Below are positions 1 through 13,190 of a DNA stretch of 64,000 nt, in pieces. Both the position numbers and the translations under genes were made by a program. The number at the start of each line of letters is the position of its first letter. Position 1 is the stretch's first letter. The DNA comes from the human T2T-CHM13v2.0 reference genome, Homo sapiens: NCBI RefSeq assembly GCF_009914755.1, contig NC_060927.1. One strand, 5' to 3'. The notes below the pieces were generated by a model. The model was given only the letters and a program-made list of their open reading frames with translations. It ran no database searches and was not told where the DNA came from.

Positions 1-45
1 GGTCTGAAAAAAAGCTGTAGGATCAAAAAAAAAAAAAAAAAAACC

Positions 46-215
46 AGATTTAAGCCTTGTTGCTTCTTAATTGTGAGACACTGATCAATTAAAATGCCTT
101 GATTCTTAATTTTCTCATCTATAAAGTTTAGCTACCTGGCTGGACTACCTAATAGAATTGTTTTAAGGATTGAAATGAAATAATGAACTGGAAGCACACT
201 AAACTGTATAAAATT
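46..215 (+). mobile_element. MIR SINE fragment
   Basis: Degenerate MIR core (ttttctcatctataaa ... ttgttttaaggattgaaatgaaataat). Confidence 0.55.
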
Positions 216-304
216 CTGTAAGTCATAAAAAATATTCACACAAATGTCTTGTACATTGTAAACATATTAAATATTTATGGAATGTATACCAGACAAGGGG
301 CCAG

Positions 305-520
305 TATTGAGTAAGATTTAGGAGTGCAGCCCCTGAGTCAGACTGCCTGAATTCAAAAACTGACTCCACAACTTACTAGGTGAATAAATTTGGAAACATT
401 ACTTATCCTCTTCGTGCCTCTGTTTTCGGATGTATAAAACAAAGCAAGTAATATTTGTCTCTCAGGCTATTGTAAGGATTAAATAAGACATCCCATGGAG
501 AGTGCATGGCACTGTGTTGA
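305..520 (+). mobile_element. MIR SINE
   Basis: gagtcagactgcctgaattcaaa...acttactag...gtgcctctgttttc...ttgtaaggattaaataaga. Confidence 0.7.
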
Positions 521-959
521 GCACTTGGATGTATGACATTGAATAGCAAAAGACATAAACATTGTTCTTTTCCTAAGCTTCAAGTGAAAGCAATAAAGTG
601 ATGGAAGAGATTTAGAAGGATTCATCTTTTGAAAGCTTGTGAGTGAGTGTGTGGCGGTAGGGGTGGTTAATTTATATGGACACAGAGAGTGAATCAACAG
701 CTTCTGTTTCATTCTATTATTTGTGAAAGGATAAGGAAACTAAATACTATCAGGGGATTTATCCAAGAATATAGCCACCTGTGTTAATTTTTCACTTCTT
801 TCCCATTGGAGGAACCCATAAGGAGTACTAAAAGTAAACATTATAGGAGAGGCAAGAGGTTTAAAAATATTGGGTAGAATATGCTACTCATTCAACAGAC
901 ATATTTGTAACAGAGAGTATAAGTGGAAAATTGAACACATGCAGATGATGTTCTTTTCT

Positions 960-1245
960 GTCTGGAGCATCCTCCCCTTCTTCCTCTGCCTGATGAACTT
1001 CTCAATTCCTTCAAACACCCAAGAGTCCTTCTCTGCCATGGAAGTTGGTCCAAGAACACCTTCTTCACTGTACTAACGTGAATCCTTATGCACTCTATTG
1101 CTGCATTTTATCTAACACTAAAATTATCTGCCTATCTGTTGTTTTCTCTTTCCAGAATATAAATTCCTCAAAGACAAGGACCATCCTCATCTTTACTTTT
1201 CCAGGGACAGTGTCTATCAATAAATGTCTATTAAAGTGGACTAAA
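960..1245 (+). mobile_element. L2 LINE 3' end
   Basis: aaattcctcaaagacaaggaccat...tcaataaatgtctatt resembles the L2 terminus. Confidence 0.5.
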
Positions 1246-2186
1246 TTGTTTTCTTCTTAATTATATTAATACATCTTAAGTATTAATATAACTATATTAT
1301 ATAACTTTTAAAGCAGTTCAAAATCTAGTCTATAATTTTCTTGACCAAATGTATTACTCGCAACACTTTTGTAATTTCTAGTGACATAAAAAAAATCTGC
1401 TAATCTTCATAGTTATCAGTATATTCATTCTATAGATATACTCCACAAAGCTTTTGATTTCCTATCACTTTTTGTAAACAAGCTATCTGTTGTTGACTTA
1501 GATTTATAGCATAACTTGAAAGAATCAGCTTCTGTTGGCTAACTTTCAGTATGTCTCTTTGATAGAATGCCCATGTCTTTTCCAGCTGCCTGCTATTAAC
1601 AACTGCCCTGAAGCTAAGTTCCTTAAGGCATACAACAGGAGTTATTTATTAACTAATTATATTCATTGCTCAGAATGGGCTCCTCATAATAAAAAAGGAA
1701 AAGGATGTATATTCTCTTGATACAACTACACTGAGCTGTAAAAACAGCTCAGTGTGTTTCTGTTTTTCTGCTTTGTTTACCTGACACTTTGGTTCAATCA
1801 AGAAGACTTTCAACCATGGTAGAAAAAACTTCCACCTCCTAAACTTCCTTTTCCAGAAATATGTGCAGGCTTTCCTAAGATTATATAGACTGAATGGCTA
1901 CTTTTGCAAGATGATTGGCAATTTGACAATTTATAATAACACAATTTTTTTATTTATGCTCCACACATAAGAAATCATAAGCAACAAGTATAGAGTTATT
2001 CACCAAAACTGAACAGTTATAATGCACTTTTTCTGTAAATAAACGTAGGTACTGGGAATGAATTTCACAAGAAAAATAATCTCCTCCATGGATATTCATT
2101 TATTTATTAGAATTTAATTTTATAGAATATATATGGATCTTTCTGCCCCAATCCTCATATGACATAAAATTAAGAATAAAATTATA

Positions 2187-2465
2187 GGCCAGGCGCAGTG
2201 GCTCATGCTGCCGAGGTGGATGGATCACCTGAGGTCAGGAGTTCAAGACCAGCCTGGCCAACGTGATGAAACCCTGTCTCTACTAAAAATACAAAAATTA
2301 GCTGGGCATGGTGGCACACGCCTGTAGTCTCAGCTACTAGAGAGGCTGAGGTGGGAGGATCACTTGAACATGGGAAGTGGAGGTTGCAGTGAGCCAAGAT
2401 CATGCCACTGGACTCCAGTCTGGGCAACAGAGTGAAACCCTGTCTCAAAAAAAAAAAAAAAAAAA
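2187..2465 (+). mobile_element. Alu (S-type) with a deletion of about 20 bp in the left arm
   Basis: ggccaggcgcagtggctcatgc jumps straight to tgccgagg; dimeric structure; poly(A) tail; TSD-like aagaataaaa on both sides. Confidence 0.95.
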
Positions 2466-4886
2466 GAATAAAAGTATTATTTTCCTCATTGGCATCTGCA
2501 GAGTCCATGCATGAAACAATGATACAAGGTTAGTAGTTTACATATATAATGTTTTTGCATGTGTAATGCTTGTGTAAGCACATATTTTTGGATATAGAAT
2601 GGAAAACATTTACAATTAAGAAGAAAGTTTATCATATACTCAATGGAAATTGACAATTCTAATAAAAGATTAGAGACAGCAGGAAGCCAGAATTCAGGAA
2701 TGACAGAAAGGAAGTAAAATTACAATAAAAAGTATAGGATTATCTTCATCCCTGGTTGGGCAAGGATAGTGGCAGGGTTGGGTGTATGTACCTCCCCTAA
2801 ACCAAAGAATAATGGGTGCCTCTGAATCTGTTTAAATATTTGTGCATTCATACTCCTGTGCACACTTAATCAGCCATTGATGGCTATACAAAATAGGATA
2901 CACATTCCCTTGCTAAATAATACAATAGTGATTTCATTAAACTTGTCATTATTGAAAATTGCATTGTAGGAAATCCACCAGCCAATCACCTTCGGAACCA
3001 TTCAATTTGCTCATGTCCATCTAGAATGAAAGGCTTGCCGCACAGCTGTGTTTAAGACTGTGTAATGACTTTGAATCTAGGACACAGACTCTTTCTGCAC
3101 GTCCAATCGATTTGTTAGGAATCTGATCCTGTGCTAATAGGGCTGTGTGCATTAAAATTCATTCTTTGAAAATTATATCTGAACTGGATGCTGCATACAG
3201 CTTTTGAAATATATCAACTTGGTTTTGCCTTTACTTCGTTTTCTAGAAGAGGCTATTTTTTTTCTTTGGGGAGACTACTGTTTTCAGAGGCATAAATTGA
3301 AGACTACAAAATGTTCACATACTGGTGCTGTGAATTTCTAAATTAGTACATGTTGGTTGTAAAGTAGCCAAATTCAAATACATGAAGGATATTCCCCAAC
3401 TTTAAAGGAAGTCCATGTGGGCTCAAACAATGCATTCTTAACTAATTTTAGAATTGTGACGACATGTGGTGAGTTCTAACAGCAATTCCACTTGCCATGT
3501 AAGAAGTACTTGAAACAAGATTATCAGCCAAATCATAAACATAAACACCAGGAAATCAGGAATTCATGGTCACAAAAGAAAAGCAAGATCATAAAGTTCT
3601 CTAGAATACATAATCAGTTAAATAAACATTAAAATTTTTTTCCATTAGAAAATTCTTTGAAAACTTAAAGTTCAAACTAATTTATTAGCTGTCAACCAAT
3701 GCTATGAGTTTCTTGGCTTTGTAATCATTTTATGTTATAGTCACGCAGTCTTTATTTTGGATGTCATGGAAATAATCAATATATTACTGCAACAGTCCAA
3801 ACTTTGCCTACAATCATGTGACTCTAGCTTGTTTTTATAATGCTGTAATGCAATACTAAAACTCTACAAACCGGTGTTGGACATGAAGCAGTTCAAATCA
3901 TAACAGTGAATGAAGCATAAAAATGTCATGATATGATTATCATTCCTCATGAAACAGGTGTTATAATTGTCATGTCCTGATTATCCAAGCTAGTGAAGAA
4001 GCCAAAATACTGTATACAACTACATTGATAATATCAAAATCTCATCTGACCCAGTTCAGTCAAATCCAGTTTCACTTGACTTTCACAGGAAGGCCTCCTG
4101 TGCTGGAGGAATAACCTTTCGTTCTTGTGCTGTGAAAGAGGCATAACATGTGGTTATCAGTTATGTGAATAAGTGATAACTGTGGTTATCAGTTAAGTGA
4201 CTAAAGGTTAAACCACTAGACGATCAAGCAAAAGAAGCCAGAAAGGAGGCCTAAGCTGCAAAGTCCCTGAAGGCAGTAGCTATATTTTACAAACTTATCT
4301 TTCTGACCATCAAGCACATGGTTGTACAGATCCTTGGATATATTTTTTTGAATTGAGTGAATTGATTGGATTATGTAACAGATCACCCTGTTCAGGGCAG
4401 AAGTTCCTCAAATCAACCAAAACCATGATATTCGTATGCTTAGTCTTTCAATCATAATGTGAAAATGCAGGAGTGTTGTTTACTCTACCCTTTAAACCCC
4501 TTGAATCCTTTGGAAAATGAGACAGAGTAGAAATGAATGCCTAAATAAATAAAATTAGGAAGTTAAGTATGCTTTTCGTACTATTAACTGATTTCAGAAT
4601 TCTAGGTTATCAAAGAATACTTCTTTGTCTATTTGTAATAGAAATATAGACACACTAGGTGGCTTTCATAGACTAAGAAAATGAGAGAAAAATCTTGAAG
4701 AATCTGTGGACTATAAATAAGGTTTGGGAAATGGACAGATTTCTAATTGAGAGAGAGAACTTTTGATGAATTGAATGTTCTGACTCTCTTCTGCATCCAT
4801 GATTCTCTCTTCCTCCCTCTAATTCACAAAGTCTTCTAGACTGGCTAGATCCTTAAGATTCATTCACTGATGCTTCTGTCTGCTAC

Positions 4887-5450
4887 TTTCTTTTTCTTTT
4901 AAAATGTAATTTAATTTTAAGTTCCAAGATACACGTGCAGGATGTGCAGGTTTGTTACATAGGTAAACTTGTGCCATGGTGGTTTGCTGCACCTATCAAC
5001 CCATCACCTAGGTATTAAGTCCCCCATGCATTAGCTATTTATCCTGATGCCCTCCCTCCCTCCACCCCCACAACAGGCCCCAGTGTGTGTTGTTCCCCTC
5101 CCTGTGTCCATGTATCCTCATTGTTCAGCTCCCACTTATAAGTGAGAACATGTGGGGTTTGCTTTTCTGTTCCTGTGTTAGTTTGCAGGGGATAATGGCT
5201 TCCAGCCCCATCCGTGTCCTTGCAAAGGACATGATCTTGTTTTTTTTATGGCTGTATAGTATTCCATGGTGTGTATGTACCATATTTTCTTTATTCAGTC
5301 TATCATTGATGGATGCTTGGGTTGATTCCATGTCTTTGCTATTGTGTCTAGTGCTGCTATGAACATACATGTGCATGTATCTTCATGATAGAATTATTCA
5401 TATTCTTTTGGGTATATACCTAGTAATGAGATTGCTGGGTTAAATGGTAT
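4887..5450 (-). mobile_element. 5'-truncated L1PA 3' end
   Basis: Antisense L1 3'UTR (gtgcaggtttgttacataggtaa; cccacttataagtgagaacatg). The ORF 5125..5376 resembles the L1 ORF2 C-terminus. Confidence 0.92.
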
Positions 5451-7117
5451 ATAAATTACCAGACACTCCTTAAGACAGTGGGAGTCAAGTATACAAGAGG
5501 AGAGTGTGTTGTTCACACAGAAAATCTGCTTTGCTGTGTTCACTCCGTACCACAGAAGGAGCTACTTTTGTCGCTGTAATTCATGTTACCTGATGTGTCA
5601 TATATTAAGAAAATAATCTGCTGAATTATACATTCTTTAGAATCCAATATAATTTTAGAAATTTAAATACTCTGTAATTGAGCTTCTTTCTCTTCCTCAA
5701 AGGGGAATAACCAACTGATTTAACAAGTGGGGACATTTTTCTGCTTACTTTTTTCCTATATATTTATATTTTAAATCTAAACTTAAAACATTTTCTTATG
5801 GAGAAAGATGTAACAATACTTTCAATAGAAAGAAAATAAGCAAATAAATGAAAATAACCAGAAAACAGAAAATAACCACTACATACTTTCTCAAATCTGA
5901 ATGATAGTTTAGGCCTTTAGTTTTCTGCACATATTTCTTATATTAAAAGCATAAAAATACCTTTAATTTCTTCAATTTAAATGCTGCTATTCAGTATAGG
6001 CTGTGTCTTACCTCTTTCTAAAGTGCTGACCTCTTGAGTGAAGGATCCATTTCTGATTATTAATAGCTTTGAATTATCTTTACTTTTTATTAATACTTGG
6101 TATATACACTTTTGATATTAGGTGACTTATACTTCATTGCACATATTTATGTCATGACCAGCATTTAAAACTTAACCATGTGTGTGAATATTAAAAAGTA
6201 CTGAGCATTGTATAGCTAACTCTGCAGGAAGCTATATGACATATTTTAGTGTTTTCTAAGTCAACTATATATACTTTCTCAGCAAATGAGTGATTTATTT
6301 TAGATAGAAAGAAAAGGTTATTTAAAAAGAAAATTCTGGTAGGAATTTCCAAACACTAACAACTCATTGAAACTCATTTCACTTTTGCAAATAGAAAACA
6401 CGCCTTAGTTTTGGGATGTAAATTTCATCATTGAACCAATTGAGTGCATTTAGCAAATTATGTTTTTAAAATCTGCTGCAATAATATAATCTCACAAACC
6501 TTTCATTTAATATTTACGTGTATCTACTTCCTTTGCTTCTGTCCTCATGTGAAGTGTTTGCAGACTTTATACTGTAAACTGGAATTCCATATACATTGAA
6601 GGTTTGTAAATCAAATTTTTTTGTCAGTCATTGATTCTCAGGGAGCTAGTTTGTTAAACTAGGTTGTATAACTACTAAAATCTGTAGCATGTTTCAGCTG
6701 GCTTGTCACTTAGACTGAAAGTCTACAGGCTACAAATACATTTTAAACAGATAACACTGCCATAAACAGGAAAAGTAAGGCACTTCATATTCAAGAGGAA
6801 ACTGTTACGAAAGAAAACAGGGTTACAAACATATATATATTTACACATATATGTGTGTGTATATATATATTGCACTATACAGTCTAAATTGTATATGTCT
6901 GTTCTTGTAGGATCTGTTTAGAATGACATTTCAATTTTAAACAATTTATGAATAATGAGCTTCCCACTGAGGGTGGGCTGCAGAAACTTTGGATTAGGGT
7001 ATGAGTGGCTCTCATGCAGATACACAAAAACAAACAATTCCCACAGACCTTGAGGTTTGAGCCATATCAAGTTATAATGAAGTAAACAGGTATAAGCACA
7101 TAAGAGAAAATGATCAC

Positions 7118-7262
7118 CTTGCTGGCCATGTGAGACACTTCTATGTATATGAAACAACTGAAATATTACCATTTCAAGGATCCCTGCCTTTCTTTTTCTT
7201 CTAAGAGAACCGCCACCTGCACAGTTTCTGGAGAACACTTCAGAAGATATCTTTTCACTTAC
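7118..7262 (-). other. Candidate RS-exon after a recursive splice site (3'ss immediately followed by a 5'ss); possibly LSAMP 5' region
   Basis: Minus strand reads tgttttgttgttgttctttttttcag|GTAAGTGA, with about 60 nt free of AG upstream. Downstream donors are ATG|GTAATA (exon end 7170, 93 nt) and AAG|GTGATC (exon end 7118, 145 nt). Confidence 0.65.
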
Positions 7263-7619
7263 CTGAAAAAAAGAACAACAACAAAACATTTAAACATCAT
7301 TTCATGGTAAATTTGTTTTTGGAAACTTAATTAAAGAAAAAAATACCTGTTTTATATAATAGACATGTTTCTACAATGTCGTATATGCATTGAAGTTTTG
7401 TAAATCAAATCTTGCTTTCCCCTTGTCCTGACATTACAGCTTTAGCTTATTTTTGAAAATCTGATAGTTCATTGGTCCTCCTACCTCATAAAATTATTTA
7501 CATATCTTGCAAAAACCAGATTTTCCCATACTATATGTGCTCATTCTACCAGGACAAGGTCTCAATGTAATTCAGAAGGTGAAAATAAACTGGTCTCTTC
7601 ATGATTTAATCATTTAATC

Positions 7620-7740
7620 AGTCTTTCATTCTTCTATTTATTCACCAAATATCTATTGACCCTTAATGTGCAACAGCCTCTTTGCTAGGCCTGGCGGTTT
7701 AACTGGAATCAAGACACTCTCTCTGATGTTAAAGATCTAA
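7620..7740 (-). mobile_element. L2 3' end fragment
   Basis: ttcattcttctatttattcaccaaatatctattgac...tgctaggcctgg. Confidence 0.5.
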
Positions 7741-9389
7741 TACTGCATATAATCATTCTTGTAGGTAATCTGTACATCTATCAAACAGGACTCCTCCTTG
7801 GTCTAGGGCAGGCTCAACAATCTAACACAGAAAAGTTTTTCGCTTGCCTTCAGTTTTATTCTCAGTTCACAACATTAGTGCAAAGACATGTCTCCTAGCC
7901 ATGGTCCAGGACAGAACAGGGAAAGTCAGGGACACAGAGGTAAACTGCATTTGAGCAGGCTGCCAAATCATCTGCAGGGACTTCACTGCTGAGATAATAG
8001 ATGTCCACACCCAGCTCCTAGCAGTCTTCCTGCATCAGTACCACTGTAGATGGCATTTCCCTGTGGCACCTTTCAGTGGTGCAGTGAGACCTTTAAAATG
8101 CCTCAAGTGAACTTTGACTCCCCCCGCCTTCCCACAAGAAGTCCCATCTCTCTTCATTGTTGACCTCCCATTATCACCCAGACATCATGCCTTTTATGCT
8201 GCAAACCAAATGATCCAAACAGGGTAGTCCCAGTCACCAGAGCAAAAGAGAAAATTACTTTCTGCTTTGGATGAAAGCTGTATTGGTCTCTTGGGGATTT
8301 ATACCCTGGCATTTCTTATCTGCCATTGGATGTTAACAGTGTACATTCTATCTTAGCATCCACAGTGAGCACTGGAAGCTCTTGGCTTTCATCCCACCCA
8401 ATCTGAGAACAGGAACTGAGTTCTTTTCAGTGGGCATGTGACAAATGAAGCTGTTATCAATGTACAATAGAAGTTACTAAAGCTATCACAGAGGGTTGTG
8501 AGATGAGCAAAACCACATTATAGCACTGCATGTAGCTGCTGTTTTGGTGGAGACTGAGCCAATGCACTCTAGTAAATGAAAACGATTAGATGGGAATTGG
8601 TGAGTGAAGTGACTGCTAGAATGATTGCATTTTGAAAGGCAGCTAAGAGAGCAAAGAACAGCTTTCTGGCATTCTTAGATAGGGTTTAGTTGGTTTGGGT
8701 AGAAGAAATGTGTGTTCTTCAATGAATATTTTGAGATGTTTATTTCACTTATGTGATTTCCAAGTGAGTTAAGAGTTTTAAAAATGCAAGTTTCAGAAAG
8801 GTATTGAAAGTATATCTTAAGAGAGCTCTAAATGACTATGGAAATATAAAGTGCTTTTCTGCACACTCCTACACTTGCCCTCATGTTACCAAGAGACAAT
8901 GATGACCTTCAACAAATTGCTATGTAAAATAGGTAAGCATAATTAACCCTATGTATTGGTATTAAGACAAACTAGATTATACTGTATTAAAAATTTTCAG
9001 ACTGGCGAGAAAGAAAAATGTGGTGCCTCATGCTTATGTGGCTACTCAGGTCTTTAAATACTGGCTTTTCTTAGTCAAATATCTTTGGATTAAGTAATCA
9101 GACATACTCTGTGATACCCATGCTTGACCTACCACCATTGTGTTTCCTGGCCAAGTTATTGACCGTCTGATGGGAGGTGAGCTAAAGGCTAGTATGTTTC
9201 AATTTAGTCTCAAAGGGACCATGGTGGGGCTAGGAAAATAATAATAATGAAGCATGATGATTACTTTTACATTTACAAGGCTTCAAATTCTCTGGGAGCC
9301 AGCAATAGCTTTTAAAAGCTAATAGGCAGAGTCTGCTGAAGATGATTTTTGGTGGAATCAGGAGGAAAGACAACCTGATATTCTGCAGG

Positions 9390-9600
9390 CAACACTGTGG
9401 AGTGATTAAGTGCTCCACAGCTAGAATACCTGGGTTTGAAACCCACTCTGAATCTTATCAGCTTGGGTAAATTACTTAAACTATATTGACCTCAGTTTCT
9501 CCATCTATAATATGATAATAATACCTGTACCTACATCACAAAAGTGCTTAGCCTATGTCTATTCATGATAAAAGCACAGTACATGTTAGCTATTATTCTT
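9390..9600 (+). mobile_element. MIR SINE
   Basis: cctgggtttgaaaccc...ttgggtaaattacttaa...cctcagtttctccatctataa...aaagtgcttagc...gttagctattatt. Confidence 0.75.
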
Positions 9601-10169
9601 ATTTTTTCTTGGGTAATCTCAGTTGCATCTTCTTTGCTTCATCGTAGGGAAGATAGGCTTGAGATCAAAGTGAAAGTGTATTACACTTACAGAAGCTGTA
9701 TTCTATGGTTGAGCCCAGAATAGGCTGATTGAACTTCTCTTAGGCAATAATAACTCAGGGAACTCACTGAGGGAGGGAGGTGGTGATGAGAGACGAGAAT
9801 AACATTGATGCATTACAATTGTGTGGCTTTTACTGTTTCCTGAACGTTTTGCGGATATGCTCTCAATTAGTTCCTGTGAAGAGTTTGGGAAAGAGATATC
9901 ATGAGAACATAAAGGAAATTATGGGTAGACGCTCGTGTAGATCCAAGTAGAATTTCTCAACTCACAGGGCAGGAACAACATTCTGAGTCTTAATATCCCT
10001 GGGGAGCATGAGTAAAACTTTGCTACTTCGGCCAGGAAATGAAATGAACAACTTTTTTTTTTTCAGGTTGTCACTGGCATGAAATGATGAAGTTTTAATA
10101 GTGTTGCAGTGTATAGATTATTTTCAATGGGAATAGAATATGTGTTAGGAGACAATAGGAAGGCGTGGC

Positions 10170-10850
10170 AGGTGAGCCTTTGTTTCTTGTACCTGGGGCA
10201 GGAATATAAAGGGAGGCCTATTGCCATATATCTAAATATTTGAATGTTATAAATCAAGGTAATAAACGGATAATAAAATACATTCTATCTTCCAACCTTG
10301 ACAATTTATCTTTACATTGACTTGCAAGGTCAGCTTAACATTAATAATTCTTAGGCCACTTGGAGTTCTAGATCAGAACATGGTGCCACAAGAGGAACTG
10401 GCCCCAGCTCCGACCCCTGACCCATGGGCTTCCTCGTGTTTCTTCCCACCCCTGGCTCAGTCAACACAATGAGGAAACGCAACCATGTGGACACTCCAAG
10501 GCTCCACATCCAAGCTTTGTCTACTCTCCATGCTACCAACTTACCCTTGGACATTCCTTCTGGCCTAGAGATGTGCACACAAGTTATGGTGAGCACTTAG
10601 AAAAACAAGCCTAGGAAAGAGATCCATACAGATTCTGGAAGTGAGCTCAGGGATACTTGAGCAAGTAAATTTTAAATTCATCTGAAGTAGGATCATAGTC
10701 TAGAAGGGCTGGGGTGGGCCCAGGGTGGGCTTATCTCTTTGACCCCCAAGGATTTCTGACCCCCTCAGTGTAGGTATAACTGGTGGGGAAGATGTCCTAA
10801 AGCATGAGACTCACAGAGGGATCCCTCTTACTCAGGGATAATTGTCATGG
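10170..10850. mobile_element. hAT-Tip100 family DNA transposon relic (MER115-like)
   Basis: catccaagctttgtc, cccttggacattccttctggcctagagatgtgcacac and tctagaagggc resemble the recalled MER115 consensus. Confidence 0.5.
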
Positions 10851-11954
10851 TGTCTTGACTAACATTCACAACAGAGAAGAAAATAAGATTTTCTAAAAAT
10901 AACCAAGGTCGTTATTGACTTGCAAGTGTATATTGAACATTAGCCATAAGAAACTCACTACCACACACTCTAACTGCATCCCTACTGCCTCTCTCATTGT
11001 TGCCATTGTTTTGCTTTTTTGCCCCCTTCTGATGTTGTAATTCTCTTTCAGTTTTCAATAGAAATGTTGCCACGTGGAGAGCATAATGAAGCAGCTGCTT
11101 AACAGTTGCAACTAAAAAACAAGACAGTTTAAACCAAAAAGTCTCCTCCAAGGAACCTTGGGGATATGAAGAAGAATATACCCAAATGGGGAAATGGCCA
11201 GGCATGGAAGCTAATCCTAATGGTTTCTCAGAGGTGTCATGGGATCCTCAACCATTGCCCATGATCAAGCCTTGAGTTTTAAGTCTTCACTGAAAGATGT
11301 AGCTATAAGAACCCAAGACCACAGTCTAAAAAGCAAACAGTTCAGTGCTGATTCATAAATGCTATCCCTGAAAGGGTGGTTTTCACAAAAGAGCTCCCAT
11401 TGCAAGTTCCACATAAATCAAAATCATAAATAAATAATATTATGTAAGTACAAAATAGACCTAGCATTCCTAAGATAGTTTAATCAAAGCTTCAGGTATT
11501 CTGAGATCAGATTTGTTTTGATTTTCTTCAGGCTCCATTTTTTTACTTCATGATAATGAAACAAAAGCTTTTCTAAAAACAGACAAAAATTAATCACAGC
11601 TATCTAGGGTAAATGCCATTCACATTTCCTCAAAAAGTCACCTTGTGAACCTAATGTAATCAAAACAATGGCAGGAAAATGCTAAACTCTTGTTAAGTAA
11701 CCATTAATTATTTATGAAAAGAGTCTATCACTTATAAGTAGATTTAACTCAGGCTGGATGGGGAGGAAAACCCTGAAGATTTTATTTACTGGGACTGTTG
11801 AAGTACAGTTGTACATCTGTATCAAAGGAAGCTTCCTACTCCTATGGAAATGCTGTGAAAGGGTAGGATTTAATCTGGCCTATATCATCTACGTGAATGA
11901 ACCTGAGTAATAATATATAGCATGTATATATAGTATAGTGTGTATATATAAAAA

Positions 11955-11994
<40 letters not shown>
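11955..11994. repeat. Compound (GT)n(AT)n microsatellite
   Basis: Seen directly. Confidence 0.95.
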
Positions 11995-13074
11995 GGCATA
12001 GTATAGCATAGAAACTCTAATCTCAGCCAGTGTCCACATTGGCAAATTAGGAATGATCTGTGTAGCTGATAACTGTAAGAATAAATAACTATTACTAAAA
12101 TCATTAAATGCTATAAGAGACTATACGAATAGTCTTATATTTAAATGATACTTTATAATTTTAAAACATTTTAATTAATCTCATTTGATCCATAAGACAA
12201 CTTTGTGGGATATTGTGTCTAGGAAACATTCTCATGCCTCGCCATCTGTTTTCTGCAGTTTCCCTTTATTCCACCTATGAACTACAAATGGGAAATTAGC
12301 TCCATTGATAAAGAAGGGAATAGACACGGCAAGGACTTGATTTTTCCACCTATGCGCTTTCCACTCAGCCACAGTTTCTCTAATAGTCGTCTGTGGAATT
12401 TACACACGGAGGTGAACATTTTGTGTGGCTTAAATTACATTTCTACACCGGGAACCCTCTTCTCACCATTTTCTCCAAAATTGAAGAACAAGACTGTGGG
12501 GAAGAAGCATTTTCTTGGCCAATTATGGAAAGAAACGGGCTCAGGAATCTTCCCCTTCCCTTTATTTTACCTTCTGTGTTTGTATCATCTTCATTTTTAC
12601 CCTTTTTCTCAAGTTCTTCTAATTGACTTAATGGTATTATTCATTTGTTCCAATTCCCTAAGCTTACTTATGTATGTATTTGTTTATTTTTACTCATTAG
12701 GTCCCTCAAAGTGTCAAATGAACTCCTTATCTTTGACTACTGCCTTATATATATTATATTTCTATTTTTTGATTCTTCAGTACTTGGGAACAAAACAAAA
12801 TAAGCACAATGCTAGTGTCAGGGATTTTAAAACTATATTAGCAATAGTATTTAGTAAACCGTTTGTCATTTTTTTGCCTGCATATCATACCTCACTAACA
12901 TAATTTACATCAATATTTAATTAATTTTCATGGTTCTTCTTTAAATTGTATCATCCTCTCCTCAACAAAGGAACATCAAACTATTTAGTCTATTTAGTCA
13001 GTTTCTTTGATATTTATCCCATTAGTGGCAATTGATCTTGCTTCTATACTTTTCCTGTCATCATTTACAACACT

Positions 13075-13190
13075 TCTGTTCTACAGATGAAGTTAAAGGA
13101 AATTAAGAAACTTTCATACAGCTAGTAAAAGACTGAGCCCAGAATTAATTCAGTCGCCTGATGAGAAAGACCTGCCTCTTAGCCACTCTG
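13075..13190 (-). mobile_element. MIR fragment (another MIR piece at about 12150-12212)
   Basis: ctacagatgaag...acagctagtaaaagactgagcccagaatt...ctcttagccact. Confidence 0.6.

Noticed and set aside
6918-7289. 123-aa ORF spanning the RS-exon
   Set aside because: Its start lies in the polypyrimidine tract upstream of the acceptor. It shows only that one frame of the exon is open; there is no protein homology I recognise.
12277-12903. Longest ORF in the window (208 aa)
   Set aside because: F/L/Y/S-rich translation of T-rich DNA with no recognisable domain or exon context.
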